This document shows, piece after piece, positions 17,743 to 27,752 of a stretch of 64,000 nucleotides of DNA. Origin of the DNA: an uncultured Clostridia bacterium (GTDB lineage Bacteria > Bacillota > Clostridia > Christensenellales > Borkfalkiaceae); the NCBI GenBank assembly GCA_947174415.1, contig CAMWIW010000007.1, forward strand, positions 4,557 to 68,556, given 5' to 3'. How positions within the stretch are numbered: the first letter of the stretch is position 1; each line of letters starts with the position of its first letter. The notes under the pieces were generated by a model. It worked only from the letters and a program-made list of their open reading frames with translations. It was not told the DNA's origin and did not search any database. The translations under genes and the position numbers were made by a program.

Positions 17743-18213
17743 ATGGCAGAACTTATCGTTATGACAAAGAAAAATTACGACGATTTGAAGAAGGAGCTTG
17801 ACTATCTCGTTAAAGTCAAGCGCCCTGAAATTATCGAGCGCATTGCAGAGGCGCGCAGCCACGGCGACCTTTCCGAAAACGCGGAGTACGACGCCGCGCG
17901 TGAGGAACAGCGTTCCAACGAGGGAAAAATCGCAGAAATAGAGTATAAGATAAAGAACGCGGATATTCGCGAAGAAAATACGGATACGAGCTATATCCAT
18001 TTGGGCAGTGTGGTTACAGTCTACGACGAGGATATGGAAGAGGAACAGACTTATACCGTAACTTCAGTAACCGAAGTTGACGTTATGGCAAATAAAATTT
18101 CGGTAGACTCTCCCGTTGGTGCGGCGTTGCTCAGGAAAAAAGTCGGAGATAAAGCTACCGTTAAATGCCCCGACGGCACGGAATACACTCTCAAAATTCT
18201 TTCGATAAGGTAA
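17743..18213 (+). CDS. greA: Transcription elongation factor GreA
   Basis: RPEIIERIAEARSHGDLSENAEYDAAREEQ. Confidence 0.95.
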   Translation: MAELIVMTKKNYDDLKKELDYLVKVKRPEIIERIAEARSHGDLSENAEYDAAREEQRSNEGKIAEIEYKIKNADIREENTDTSYIHLGSVVTVYDEDMEEEQTYTVTSVTEVDVMANKISVDSPVGAALLRKKVGDKATVKCPDGTEYTLKILSIR

Positions 18214-18218
18214 AATTT

Positions 18219-19751
18219 ATGGCAGAAAATACACAAAACGTTAAAAACACCGCTCCTTTAAGCGAAGAAGAAGAGGCTGTTGCCCTTGCCGAACAGGCGC
18301 GAATTCGCCGCGAAAAACTTTCTAAGCTTAGCGAAGAGGGCAAGAACCCTTTCGTAAAAGTCAAGTACGAAACAACGGCGCACTCGGAAAAAATAAAGAA
18401 TAACTTTGACAGCCTCGAAGGTAAGGAAGTTTCCGTTGCGGGCAGGCTTATGTCCCGCCGCGTAATGGGCAAGGCCTCGTTTGCACACTTACAGGACGAA
18501 AGCGGGCTCTTGCAAATTTACGTAAGGCGCGACGACGTCGGCGAAGAGGAATATGCATCGTTCAAAAAGGATTACGATTTGGGCGATATTGTCGGCGTAA
18601 AGGGCTACGTATTCAAAACGCAGACGGGCGAAACCTCAGTGCATTGCACGAAAATCGAGATGCTTTCCAAGTGTCTTTTGCCCTTACCCGAAAAACAGCA
18701 CGGGCTTAAAGACACCGATATCCGCTACCGCAGAAGGGAGCTGGATTTGATAGTCAACCCCGAAGTTAAAAGTACCTTCGTCAAGCGTTCTCAGATAATT
18801 AACCGTATCCGCGGCTTCCTCGACGGCAAGGGCTTTTTAGAGGTTGATACCCCCGTTTTAAACACCTTGGAGATAGGCGCGGCGGCAAGACCTTTTAAGA
18901 CGAAGCACAACGCTCTCGACATTGATATGTACCTTAGAATCGAGACCGAATTATATCTTAAACGGCTCATAGTAGGGGGTCTAAACCGAGTTTACGAGGT
19001 TGGGCGCATCTTCCGTAACGAGGGAATGGACGCCTTCCACAATCCCGAATTTACAACGGTAGAGTGCTATGCGGCGTACCTTGATTATTTCGATATGATG
19101 AACCTCGTCGAAGAGATGTACGCGTGGATTGCAAAGGAAGTATGCGGCACTACCGATATAACTTATCAGGGCACGGAAATCCACCTCGGCGGCAAGTGGA
19201 CGCGCATGACGATGAAAGAGGCGGTTAAGAAATTTTCCGGTGCAGACTACGATGCTTGGGCGACCGACGAAGACGCCCGTGCGTGCGCGAAGAAGTTGGG
19301 CGTAGCCGTTGAAGAGGGAGACAAAGCTACGAAGGGACACGTGCTTATCGCGCTGTTTGACGCCTTCGTGGAAGACAAGCTCGTTCAGCCCACGTTCATT
19401 TACGATTATCCCGTGGAAAATTCACCGCTTGCAAAGCGTAAGGAAGACGACCCTGCGTTTACGCAACGGTTCGAGTACTTTATTTGTGCGCACGAATTCG
19501 GTAACGCTTTTTCCGAACTGAATGATCCTATCGACCAAAAGCAAAGGTTTGTAAGGCAAGTTGAAGAGAAACGCGCGCAAGAACCTAACTGCAATGCGCA
19601 GATAGACGAGGATTTCGTAACAGCACTCGAATACGGACTGCCCCCCACGGGCGGATTGGGCTTTGGCGTGGACAGGCTCGTTATGCTGCTTACGGACAGT
19701 GCAACTATAAGGGACGTTTTACTCTTCCCTACGATGAAGCCTAAAAAGTAA
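18219..19751 (+). CDS. lysS: Lysine--tRNA ligase (class II)
   Basis: The ATG at 18219 (MAENTQNV) follows the greA stop. Class II motifs include FRNEGMDAFHNPEFT and GLGFGVDRLVMLL. Confidence 0.95.
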   Translation: MAENTQNVKNTAPLSEEEEAVALAEQARIRREKLSKLSEEGKNPFVKVKYETTAHSEKIKNNFDSLEGKEVSVAGRLMSRRVMGKASFAHLQDESGLLQIYVRRDDVGEEEYASFKKDYDLGDIVGVKGYVFKTQTGETSVHCTKIEMLSKCLLPLPEKQHGLKDTDIRYRRRELDLIVNPEVKSTFVKRSQIINRIRGFLDGKGFLEVDTPVLNTLEIGAAARPFKTKHNALDIDMYLRIETELYLKRLIVGGLNRVYEVGRIFRNEGMDAFHNPEFTTVECYAAYLDYFDMMNLVEEMYAWIAKEVCGTTDITYQGTEIHLGGKWTRMTMKEAVKKFSGADYDAWATDEDARACAKKLGVAVEEGDKATKGHVLIALFDAFVEDKLVQPTFIYDYPVENSPLAKRKEDDPAFTQRFEYFICAHEFGNAFSELNDPIDQKQRFVRQVEEKRAQEPNCNAQIDEDFVTALEYGLPPTGGLGFGVDRLVMLLTDSATIRDVLLFPTMKPKK

Positions 19752-19810
19752 ACCGCAAAGCCACGGCGCTATGCGTTTTGTTGGGATAACCCTTTAAGAG
19801 AAGTATCTTT

Positions 19811-21151
19811 ATGTATAAGTATTTAATATATTCACAATTAAAAGCGTACGCAAAGGCGGATAAATCGTTTCATATGCCCGGTCATAAGGCGAGAGGGGAT
19901 TTTAAATCCAAGTTTCCCGTCGCACCGTTCGATATTACCGAGCTTTCGTATTCGGACAACCTATTATGCCCTTCAGGCATAATAGCCAAGGCGCAAAATG
20001 ATTTGGCAGAGATATTGGGCGCGAAAAAGAGCTTTATTTTGACGGACGGTTCTTCTTCGGGCGTTATAGCAATGATGTACGCGCTCTCAAAGTTCGGCAA
20101 TAAGGTGATAGTGCCGCGTAACTGCCACGTCAGCGTGTGGAACGCTTGCAAGCTTTTCAACCTCGAACCCGTCATAGTTCAGGGTTCTCATGACGAAGGC
20201 GTTCTTTTGCCGCCCTCGCCCGCACTTATCGAAAAACTTGTTTCCAACGACAGAACGATAAGCGGAATGATAGTAACTTCACCCGATTATTTCGGCAATA
20301 TCGCTCCATTAAAAGAATATTCGCAGATATTAAAGCAGTACGGGCGCTATCTTCTCGTAGACGGCGCGCACGGCGCACACCTCGTTTTCGAAGAGGCGAA
20401 AAAGGGTCATGCGGGGTCTTTTGCCGACGTCTGGGTGGACGGCGCACACAAAAGCTTGCCCGCATTGACGCAGGGCGCAGTTGTTTCGTGTAATAACGAT
20501 AAGCTTTTACCTCTTTTGGAAGAGGGACTGTCATATTTCAGAACGACATCTCCGAGCTATCCGATAATGGCGTCTGTGGAATATGCCTTTAAGTACGTCG
20601 CAAATAATCCCAAACTTGTTACCGAAGCAAAGACGGCGGTAGCGTCTTTCAGAGAAAAATGCCCGTTAAAGCTTTATCCTTCGGAAGATTGGACTAAAGT
20701 TGCTATTGATTTCGAAGATTTGGGAGTATCGTCGTACACCGCTGCAAGTATGCTTGAAAAGAAAGGCATTTACAGCGAGCTTGCGGACGGAAAGTATCTC
20801 TTATTTTATCTTTCGCCTATGACGGTTGCTGCGGATTTGAGCAATCTTCTGACAGCAATTGCGGGAATGGTGGGGGATAAGCGGTTAAAGAAGAATTTCG
20901 TTGCCCGTCCGCCTATGCCCGTAACGGCGAGAACTTATAGCTTTCAATATGCGTTAAAACAGAAAAAGGAACTGATACCCCTCGTGCAGTCCGTGGGCAG
21001 AATGTGCGCCGAGAATGCGGGGGTATCACCTCCCTGTATACCCATTATCGCCGCGGGTGAAATGATAACCGAAGGCGCGGTGAGATACCTCTTGTATCAG
21101 GGCAGTACTTTCGGACTTGTTGGCGACAAGATTTGGGTGGTTAAAAAATGA
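19811..21151 (+). CDS. Orn/Lys/Arg decarboxylase-family PLP enzyme (YaaO-like)
   Basis: FHMPGHK near the N-terminus, HKSLPALTQGA (PLP lysine region), and its position upstream of tmk as in Bacillus. Confidence 0.75.
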   Translation: MYKYLIYSQLKAYAKADKSFHMPGHKARGDFKSKFPVAPFDITELSYSDNLLCPSGIIAKAQNDLAEILGAKKSFILTDGSSSGVIAMMYALSKFGNKVIVPRNCHVSVWNACKLFNLEPVIVQGSHDEGVLLPPSPALIEKLVSNDRTISGMIVTSPDYFGNIAPLKEYSQILKQYGRYLLVDGAHGAHLVFEEAKKGHAGSFADVWVDGAHKSLPALTQGAVVSCNNDKLLPLLEEGLSYFRTTSPSYPIMASVEYAFKYVANNPKLVTEAKTAVASFREKCPLKLYPSEDWTKVAIDFEDLGVSSYTAASMLEKKGIYSELADGKYLLFYLSPMTVAADLSNLLTAIAGMVGDKRLKKNFVARPPMPVTARTYSFQYALKQKKELIPLVQSVGRMCAENAGVSPPCIPIIAAGEMITEGAVRYLLYQGSTFGLVGDKIWVVKK

Positions 21152-21771
21152 GAGGAAAGTTCGTTACTTTCGAAGGGTGTGAAGGCTCTGGCAAAAGCAC
21201 GCAGCTAAAGCTTCTTTCGGAATATTTAACTTCAGTCGGCGCAGACTTTATAATGACGAGAGAGCCCGGCGGCAGCGCCATTTCCGAAGATATACGCAAG
21301 ATTATTTTAAGCGGTAAGAACACCGCCATGTGCGACGAGTGTGAAGCACTCCTGTATGCGGCGGCAAGAATACAGCATCTGCGCGAAGTTATTGCACCTG
21401 CGCTCGATGCGGGGAAACTCGTAGTGTGCGACAGGTACGTTTACTCTTCGCTTGCATATCAGGGTTTTGCAAGGGGGCTAGGAGAGAAGTTTATCGAGGA
21501 GATAAACGCCGTCGCTTTACGCGATTACCCCCCTGATATGACCGTTTTTCTCGATATTTCGCCCAAAGATGCGTTCAAAAGGAAGCACGGTGCGGACAAA
21601 AACGACAGAATCGAGCAAATGGGTATGGATTTTCACGAAAAGGTTTACGCGGGTTACAAGTCGCTTTTGGAGAAACACCCCGACATATGTGCCGTTTACT
21701 GCGGTGGCACAAAGTTTGAGACGGCGGAAACCATAAGAAAATTATTAAGGGATAAAAATATAATCAGTTAA
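21148..21771 (+). CDS. tmk: Thymidylate kinase
   Basis: P-loop FVTFEGCEGSGKSTQ. 4-nt overlap with the upstream gene. Confidence 0.95.
   Translation: MRGKFVTFEGCEGSGKSTQLKLLSEYLTSVGADFIMTREPGGSAISEDIRKIILSGKNTAMCDECEALLYAAARIQHLREVIAPALDAGKLVVCDRYVYSSLAYQGFARGLGEKFIEEINAVALRDYPPDMTVFLDISPKDAFKRKHGADKNDRIEQMGMDFHEKVYAGYKSLLEKHPDICAVYCGGTKFETAETIRKLLRDKNIIS
21673..21700 (+). repeat. C5-ATATG repeat core inside tmk
   Basis: aaacaccccgacatatgtgccgtttact, encoding HPDICAVY. Confidence 0.45.
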
Positions 21772-22686
21772 GTGGAAAGGCTTTTAAAGGGTACAACCGC
21801 ATACAAAATTTTATCGGGCGACAGGCGTTTCGGCAGACTTTCGCACGCATATATGCTTGACTTTCCCGATCCGAAGAATATGCGCGCGGCGTTGAAAATT
21901 TTTGCATTGGAGTTCTTTGGTACGGATGCGGAAACGCCCGTCGGTTCAAGGATTATAAACGGCAGTTATCCTGACTTTAAGCTTTATCCCAAAGAGGGTG
22001 AAAAGCTTACTGCCGATGCCGTCGGCGAACTTCTCGAAGACAGCGTTCTCCGTCCCGTCGAAGGAACTGAAAAGCTGTACGCAATAAGCGGTTTCGAAAA
22101 TGCTTCGCCGTTACTTCAGAACAAGCTTTTAAAGACGTTGGAAGAGCCTATCGAAGGCGTTCACTTTTTATTGGGCGCGTCTACGCTTGCACCTGTTTTG
22201 GATACCGTAAAATCGCGAGTAAAAATTCTGACCGTAGCGCCGTTTACCGAAGAGCAGGTTTTTTCGGCATTGGAACGCGCCGGACATAAGGAAATTAACG
22301 CAGCCGCGGCAAGAAGCTCGGGCGGAATATTGGGCGCGGCGGAAAATATGGTAAACGGCGGTTGGTTTGAAGAAGTGCTGTCAGCCGCAGAAGAAATTTG
22401 CGCTACTACGCGCGTAGGAGATATAGGCCGCGTCGCGGCAAAGTACGGTGAAACCAAGTATAAGGCGGAGCTTCTTTGCGAGATGCAAAGGCTTTATTTT
22501 TCCGCTTTAACGGGCGGCGGCAAGGCGGCAAAGGCGTTACAGCCCGCCGCGGTGATTTTTGCGCTTGAAAAGCTGAACGGGGCGTTTGCCGATTTAAAGT
22601 TCAACGCCAACTTTCAAGGGCTTTTGTACGACTTTTTGCTCGAAGTCGCTAAGGAGAATAAAAAATGGCAACGATTACGGCAGTAG
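21772..22686 (+). CDS. holB: DNA polymerase III delta' subunit
   Basis: GTG start abutting tmk. LSHAYML, KLLKTLEEP, and synteny tmk-holB-yaaT. Confidence 0.75.
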   Translation: MERLLKGTTAYKILSGDRRFGRLSHAYMLDFPDPKNMRAALKIFALEFFGTDAETPVGSRIINGSYPDFKLYPKEGEKLTADAVGELLEDSVLRPVEGTEKLYAISGFENASPLLQNKLLKTLEEPIEGVHFLLGASTLAPVLDTVKSRVKILTVAPFTEEQVFSALERAGHKEINAAAARSSGGILGAAENMVNGGWFEEVLSAAEEICATTRVGDIGRVAAKYGETKYKAELLCEMQRLYFSALTGGGKAAKALQPAAVIFALEKLNGAFADLKFNANFQGLLYDFLLEVAKENKKWQRLRQ

Positions 22687-23783
22687 TTTTCAAGGAAGGC
22701 GGTAAAGTCTATTACTTTGCACCCAAAGAAAACGAAGAATATAAAGTCGGTGCGGGGGTTGTCGTTGAAACCTCACGCGGGGTGGAGTACGCAACGGTCG
22801 TTACTCCCCGCGCGGAAGTTGAAGACGAAAAACTCGTGCTGCCTTTAAAATCAATAGTGAGGGCGGCAACGCCTAAGGACGAGGAAACGCACAAAAGAAA
22901 CACCGAACGCCGCGCGGACGCTATGAAGACCGTGCGTGAAAAGATTGAAAAGCACAACCTCGAAATGAAATTAATAGACTGTGAGTTTGCGTTCGACGGT
23001 TCAAAAGCGGTTTTCTATTATTCCGCGCCCCAACGCGTGGATTTCAGAGAGTTGGTGAAAGAGCTTTCTTCGTGCTTTCATATGAGGATAGAGCTTCGTC
23101 AGGTCGGTATCCGCGACGAAATAAAGTTGATTGGCGGAATTGCGCCTTGCGGAAGAGAATGTTGCTGTTCGAGCTGTATGCCCGAATGTAAAAAGGTTTC
23201 AATAAAAATGGCTAAGACGCAGGGACTTTCCCTAAATCCCCAAAAGATATCGGGGCTTTGCGGGCGGCTGATGTGCTGTTTAAGTTACGAAAACGACTAT
23301 TACGCAGAAACTTGTAAGCAAATGCCCAAAATCGGTTCGGAAGTAGGTACTCCCGACGGTAAGGGCGTAGTAGTGAACGTGAATATGCTTAAAATGCTTA
23401 TCCGCGTTAGAATCGAGGACAAGTCAAAGGACAGCGTAAGTTATAAAGATTTTACCGTGGACGAACTGAGGTTCAGGCATGCTGCCAAATCTGAAGAAGA
23501 CGACGCAGAGGATAACGGCAACGGAGTAAAAGAAGTTTTAGCCGAAAAAGTGTTGGAAGACGCGCCCGTGCAAAACGGCGGCGAAAACAAACAGAATAAA
23601 AACAAAAAACGCAAAAAGAAGAACAAGAACGGCGGTAATAAGCCTAACGGTGCTCAGAATGCACCTCAGCAGCCCGAAAACAACGGGCGGCAGGAAAAGA
23701 ACGGTTTCCGTCCGCAAAAGAACGGCAAATTCAGACCCGACCGCCGTTCCCACAAAAAAGAGGAAAATGCGGATAAAAATTAA
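22665..23783 (+). CDS. ricT: PSP1-domain protein RicT/YaaT with an Asn/Lys-rich tail
   Basis: PSP1 core with a Cys cluster (GIAPCGRECCCSSCM...LCGRLMCCLSYE). Confidence 0.85.
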   Translation: MATITAVVFKEGGKVYYFAPKENEEYKVGAGVVVETSRGVEYATVVTPRAEVEDEKLVLPLKSIVRAATPKDEETHKRNTERRADAMKTVREKIEKHNLEMKLIDCEFAFDGSKAVFYYSAPQRVDFRELVKELSSCFHMRIELRQVGIRDEIKLIGGIAPCGRECCCSSCMPECKKVSIKMAKTQGLSLNPQKISGLCGRLMCCLSYENDYYAETCKQMPKIGSEVGTPDGKGVVVNVNMLKMLIRVRIEDKSKDSVSYKDFTVDELRFRHAAKSEEDDAEDNGNGVKEVLAEKVLEDAPVQNGGENKQNKNKKRKKKNKNGGNKPNGAQNAPQQPENNGRQEKNGFRPQKNGKFRPDRRSHKKEENADKN

Positions 23784-23878
23784 CCGAGTTTATCTTTAAA
23801 AAAATTTTTAAACAATCCTTTACACAGCGAAAAAGTTGTGATATAATTCAAACACTAACAAAAACTTGGAGGAAAAAT

Positions 23879-24049
23879 ATGGCTCACTCTATTACCGATG
23901 AGTGCGTAAGCTGCGGTGCTTGCGCAGGCACTTGCCCCGTTGAGGCAATCTCGGAAGGTCCTGACAAATACGTTGTAGACCCCGACGTCTGCATCGATTG
24001 CGGTGCTTGCGAGGACGTTTGCCCTACCGGTGCAATTCACGCGGACTAA
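23879..24049 (+). CDS. 2x[4Fe-4S] ferredoxin (56 aa)
   Basis: Hand translation gives MAHSITDECVSCGACAGTCPVEAISEGPDKYVVDPDVCIDCGACEDVCPTGAIHAD. RBS ggagg, promoter tttaca-17-tataat (23819-23847), and a terminator following. It is below the ORF-track cutoff. Confidence 0.85.
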   Translation: MAHSITDECVSCGACAGTCPVEAISEGPDKYVVDPDVCIDCGACEDVCPTGAIHAD

Positions 24050-24061
24050 TTTAAGTAAAAG

Positions 24062-24086
24062 AGCGGGCTCAAAGCCCGCTTTTTTA
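24062..24086 (+). terminator. Terminator after the ferredoxin gene
   Basis: Stem agcgggc / gcccgct followed by tttttat. Confidence 0.8.
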
Positions 24087-24119
24087 TATTAATCCGCAAA
24101 CGACCGTTCGGAGGCGGCT

Positions 24120-24812
24120 ATGTGCTTTCTTAAAGAAAACGAAGTATTAGAAGAATTTTACGAAGATAAAAAGATAATACAAAATACTGAATTGTACCGC
24201 TTTACGTCGGACAGTATTCTTCTTTCGCGGTTTGCGCGCTTTAAATTCGGCGACAAGGTTGCCGATTTCTGTGCGGGAAGCGGGGTTGTGGGCTTTCATT
24301 TTCTCTGTTTAAACCCGAAAACCGCAAGTCTGACGCTCTTTGAAATGCAGCCAGAGCTTGCCGATATGTCCCGCCGCACGGCGGAGCTGAACGGGTTCGG
24401 ATGCGAAGTGGTCTGTACCCGCCTGCAAGATATCGGCAGAGAATACGACGATAGGTTTTCGCTGGTTTTATGCAATCCACCGTATGAAAAGGACGGGTTC
24501 GAAAACGAAGTTTACGAGCGCGCCGTGTGCAGAAAGGAAATTACGCTTACCTTAAAAGAAATAATAGAGGTCGCTTTTCGCAAGCTCAAATTCGGCGGCA
24601 GACTGAATATTATAAACCGCGCGGACAGGGCGGCGGAGCTCATTTTTCTTTTAAAGTCGCGCGGCTTAGAGCCTAAAAAAATTCAGTTCGTTACGGGCAC
24701 TCCCGCGGCAAAGCCGTATCTCATTATGGTGGAGGCGGTCAAGGGCGGTAAAGAGGGCGTGGAAGTTTTGCCCGTACTTATAAACGATAAAAATCAGAAG
24801 GTGATAAAATGA
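24120..24812 (+). CDS. SAM-dependent N6-adenine methyltransferase, YabB/TrmN6-like
   Basis: CAGSGVVG SAM motif and catalytic NPPY (CNPPYEK). Confidence 0.7.
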   Translation: MCFLKENEVLEEFYEDKKIIQNTELYRFTSDSILLSRFARFKFGDKVADFCAGSGVVGFHFLCLNPKTASLTLFEMQPELADMSRRTAELNGFGCEVVCTRLQDIGREYDDRFSLVLCNPPYEKDGFENEVYERAVCRKEITLTLKEIIEVAFRKLKFGGRLNIINRADRAAELIFLLKSRGLEPKKIQFVTGTPAAKPYLIMVEAVKGGKEGVEVLPVLINDKNQKVIK

Positions 24813-25870
24813 ATGATATCGAGTTAATTGAAAAGTTATGTAACAGCTGCGGAGCTTCGGGCTTTGAGGACGAGGTTTTAGCTGTTGCAAGAGAATACCT
24901 TAAAGGAATTGCGGACTTCGAAGAGGACAGTATGCGCAACCTCTATATTTACCCCAAATACAACAAGGGTAACCGTCCGTATATTTTGCTTGACGCGCAC
25001 TCCGACGAGGTGGGCTTCATGGTACAGGCAATCAAGCCCGACGGCACTTTAAGATTTATTCCGATAGGCGGTTGGAATGAGAAATGTTTGCCGTCTTCCA
25101 AAGTGCAAATTTGCGCGAAAACGGGGCATATATTGGGGGTAATCGCTGCGGGGTCGCCTCATTTAATGACGGCAGAGCAGCGCAATGCGCCTGTAAGCTA
25201 CGATAATCTGGTAATCGATATAGGCGCGACAAGCGTGGAAGAGGCATCTTCTTTCGGCGTTGAAATCGGCTTGCCCGTCGTGCCGTTAACGCCCTTCGTT
25301 TTCGACGAAAAACACGGCGTTTTGCACGGCAAAGCGTTTGACGACAGAATGGGCGTGGCTGCGCTTTTAAAGTGTATCAAAAACTTGCAAAAATGCGCGT
25401 TACCGCAGGATATTGTGGGGGTAATCTCTTCGCAGGAGGAGGTGGGCGAGCGCGGAATTACTGCCGCTATGCACAGGTTAAAGCCCACTGCGGCAATCTG
25501 TTTTGAGGGCTGCCCCGCGGACGATACAAGCGCTCCTTCTTATATGATACAGGACGCGTTAAAGGGCGGAGTTATGTTAAGGCATATGGATGCAACCGTA
25601 ATCTGCACTCCTCGCTTTACCGAATTTGCAAGGCAGGTAGCTGCAAGCAAAAATATAAAAGTTCAAATGGCGGTTAGAAGGGGCGGCGGCAACAACGGCG
25701 CATATATAATTTCGGCTAACGGCGGTACGCCCGTCATCGTTGCCGGTATTCCCGTGAGATACATTCACACCTTTAACTGCATAGCCGTTAAAGAGGACTT
25801 CGACAGCGTTGTCTCTCTCGGTGAAGAGCTTTGCAAATCTCTAACCGAAGAAGTTGTCAAAGGATTTTAA
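24809..25870 (+). CDS. M42-family metallopeptidase
   Basis: LDAHSDEVGFMV, GKAFDDRMGVA and SSQEEVGERG motifs. Confidence 0.8.
   Translation: MNDIELIEKLCNSCGASGFEDEVLAVAREYLKGIADFEEDSMRNLYIYPKYNKGNRPYILLDAHSDEVGFMVQAIKPDGTLRFIPIGGWNEKCLPSSKVQICAKTGHILGVIAAGSPHLMTAEQRNAPVSYDNLVIDIGATSVEEASSFGVEIGLPVVPLTPFVFDEKHGVLHGKAFDDRMGVAALLKCIKNLQKCALPQDIVGVISSQEEVGERGITAAMHRLKPTAAICFEGCPADDTSAPSYMIQDALKGGVMLRHMDATVICTPRFTEFARQVAASKNIKVQMAVRRGGGNNGAYIISANGGTPVIVAGIPVRYIHTFNCIAVKEDFDSVVSLGEELCKSLTEEVVKGF
25118..25146 (-). repeat. C5-ATATG repeat core inside the M42 peptidase gene
   Basis: The reverse complement reads gcgattacccccaatatatgccccgtttt. It encodes GHILGVIA. Confidence 0.45.
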
Positions 25871-25926
25871 AATCAACTTTAAACGCCGTACCCTGCACGG
25901 GTGCGGAATTTCCGGAAAGGTAAAAA

Positions 25927-27669
25927 ATGCAAAAAGCAAAAAAAGGCACTTTGCGGCGGTTCGTTAAATATTACCGCCCGCATAAAAAACTGTTTATTAT
26001 CGATATGATATGCGCGTTTATAATTTCTGTGTTTAACCTCGTGTATCCGTATATCACCAAGGAGATTATAAACAACTACGTCCCCGATAAGCTTCTGTTT
26101 CTTATGTTGGCTGCGGCGGGATTTTTGTTGGGGCTTTATATAATTAAAGCAGGGCTAAACTACTTTTTGCAGTATTGGGGACACGTCGTCGGCGTAAGAA
26201 TTCAGGCTGATATGCGCAGCGAACTCTTCAATCATCTGCAAAAATTGCCGTTCTCGTATTTCGATAACAACAAAACGGGCGTTATAATGAGCCGTATGAC
26301 CAACGACTTGTTTGAAATCTCCGAGCTTGCCCACCACGGCCCTGAGGACGTGTTTTTATCGCTTGTAACTCTCGTAGGCGCGTTTATAATGCTTTCGCTT
26401 ATTAACGTCTACCTCGCGCTTATAGTATTTGCCGTAGTTCCGTTCGGCGTGCTGATTTCGGTTCTTTTGCGGCGCAGAATGAAACGGGCTTTCGGGCAGG
26501 TGCGTATCGTTCAGGGTGAAATCAACGCCGATATAGAGAGTGCGGTTTCGGGAATGCGCGTTTCACGAGCGTACAGCGCGCAAGAGCACGAAAGCGAAAA
26601 GTTCGAGGCAGGCAACGCCAAATTCGTAAAAGCAAAAGGCGGACAGTACAAAGTTATGGGCGAATTTCAATCGTCTATGAACTTTTTTATGGACTTTCTA
26701 TACTTCGCCGTGCTGTTATCCGGCGGACTGTTCTTTTATTACGATTTAATCGATGCAGGCGAGTTTACTGCGTTCGTGCTGTATATAACCACGCTGATTA
26801 CCCCTATCCGCACGCTAATAAACATTTTCGAGCAAATTCAGGAGGGTATGACGGGCTTTAAACGGTTCTGTGAAATTATGGACGTTCCTCCAGAAGAGGA
26901 GCGGGAAGACGCTATCTGCCCCGACCGACTTTCGGGAGAAATCGAGTTCGACGGAGTTTCGTTCGGTTACAATAAGGACGACGGCAAAAAGGTTATCTCC
27001 GACTTTTCAATGAAAATACCCGCAGGCAAGACTATTGCCCTCGTAGGCCCGTCGGGCGGCGGTAAAACTACTATTTGCCACCTTATCCCGAGGTTCTATG
27101 AAATAGACGCCGGAAGAATTACCGTGGACGGTTACGATATCCGAGATTTGCAGCGGGCGGCTCTGCGTAAAAACATAGGCATCGTTCAGCAAGACGTATT
27201 TTTGTTCAACGGCACTATTCGCGAAAATATTGCTTACGGTGACTTTAACGCTACCGAAGAGGAAATCGTTTCGGCGGCTAAGAAAGCAAACATTCACGAC
27301 TATATAGTTTCTCTCCCGCAAGGTTACGACACCAACGTAGGCGAGCGCGGGGTCAAACTGTCGGGCGGGCAAAAGCAGAGGGTTTCTATTGCCCGTGCAT
27401 TTTTGAAGAACCCGCCTATCCTGATTTTGGACGAGGCAACTTCGGCGTTGGATAACGCAACCGAAATGCAAATTCAGGGCGCGCTTGCAAAGCTTTCCGA
27501 AGGCAGGACTACCGTCGTCGTTGCTCACAGACTTTCAACCGTAAAGAATGCCGACGAGATAATCGTCATGACTGCGGAAGGTATAAAGGAGCGCGGCACG
27601 CACGAAGAACTGCTTGCTCTGGGCGGCGTATACGAAGAGCTTTACAAGTTCCAATTTAAGACAGAATAG
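25927..27669 (+). CDS. ABC exporter, fused permease/ATPase (MsbA-like)
   Basis: Six-TM N-terminal half, Walker A GPSGGGKTT, signature LSGGQKQR, Walker B ILILDEATS. Confidence 0.9.
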   Translation: MQKAKKGTLRRFVKYYRPHKKLFIIDMICAFIISVFNLVYPYITKEIINNYVPDKLLFLMLAAAGFLLGLYIIKAGLNYFLQYWGHVVGVRIQADMRSELFNHLQKLPFSYFDNNKTGVIMSRMTNDLFEISELAHHGPEDVFLSLVTLVGAFIMLSLINVYLALIVFAVVPFGVLISVLLRRRMKRAFGQVRIVQGEINADIESAVSGMRVSRAYSAQEHESEKFEAGNAKFVKAKGGQYKVMGEFQSSMNFFMDFLYFAVLLSGGLFFYYDLIDAGEFTAFVLYITTLITPIRTLINIFEQIQEGMTGFKRFCEIMDVPPEEEREDAICPDRLSGEIEFDGVSFGYNKDDGKKVISDFSMKIPAGKTIALVGPSGGGKTTICHLIPRFYEIDAGRITVDGYDIRDLQRAALRKNIGIVQQDVFLFNGTIRENIAYGDFNATEEEIVSAAKKANIHDYIVSLPQGYDTNVGERGVKLSGGQKQRVSIARAFLKNPPILILDEATSALDNATEMQIQGALAKLSEGRTTVVVAHRLSTVKNADEIIVMTAEGIKERGTHEELLALGGVYEELYKFQFKTE

Positions 27670-27702
27670 CTTTATTTAAGGCATATTGGCGGGGCAATTG
27701 CG
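27669..27702 (-). repeat. C5-ATATG dispersed repeat
   Basis: The reverse complement reads cgcaattgccccgccaatatgccttaaataaagc. It abuts the ABC exporter stop codon. Confidence 0.7.
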
Positions 27703-27752
27703 TTTTTTGCTCCGTGAAAGAGTTTAATATACGGGGATTAAACGTAACGTTT

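Noticed and set aside
13430-23783. Basic or low-complexity C-terminal tails on Jag (RG-rich), PEPCK (K-rich, encoded at 13812-13900) and RicT (N/K-rich), considered as a shared signal.
   Set aside because: The compositions differ, there is no shared motif, and such tails are common. There is not enough evidence for a common function.
23855-24040. 61-aa ORF antisense to the ferredoxin gene.
   Set aside because: The + strand encodes a textbook 2x[4Fe-4S] ferredoxin with RBS, promoter and terminator.
27714-27752. Upstream start for rsmI. A degenerate repeat-like word, aatccccgtatattaaa, lies on the opposite strand at about 27727-27745.
   Set aside because: RsmI homologues start at the M-x-LY/F-V-x-TPIGN motif, which favours 27753. 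The repeat-like word is too degenerate to call.
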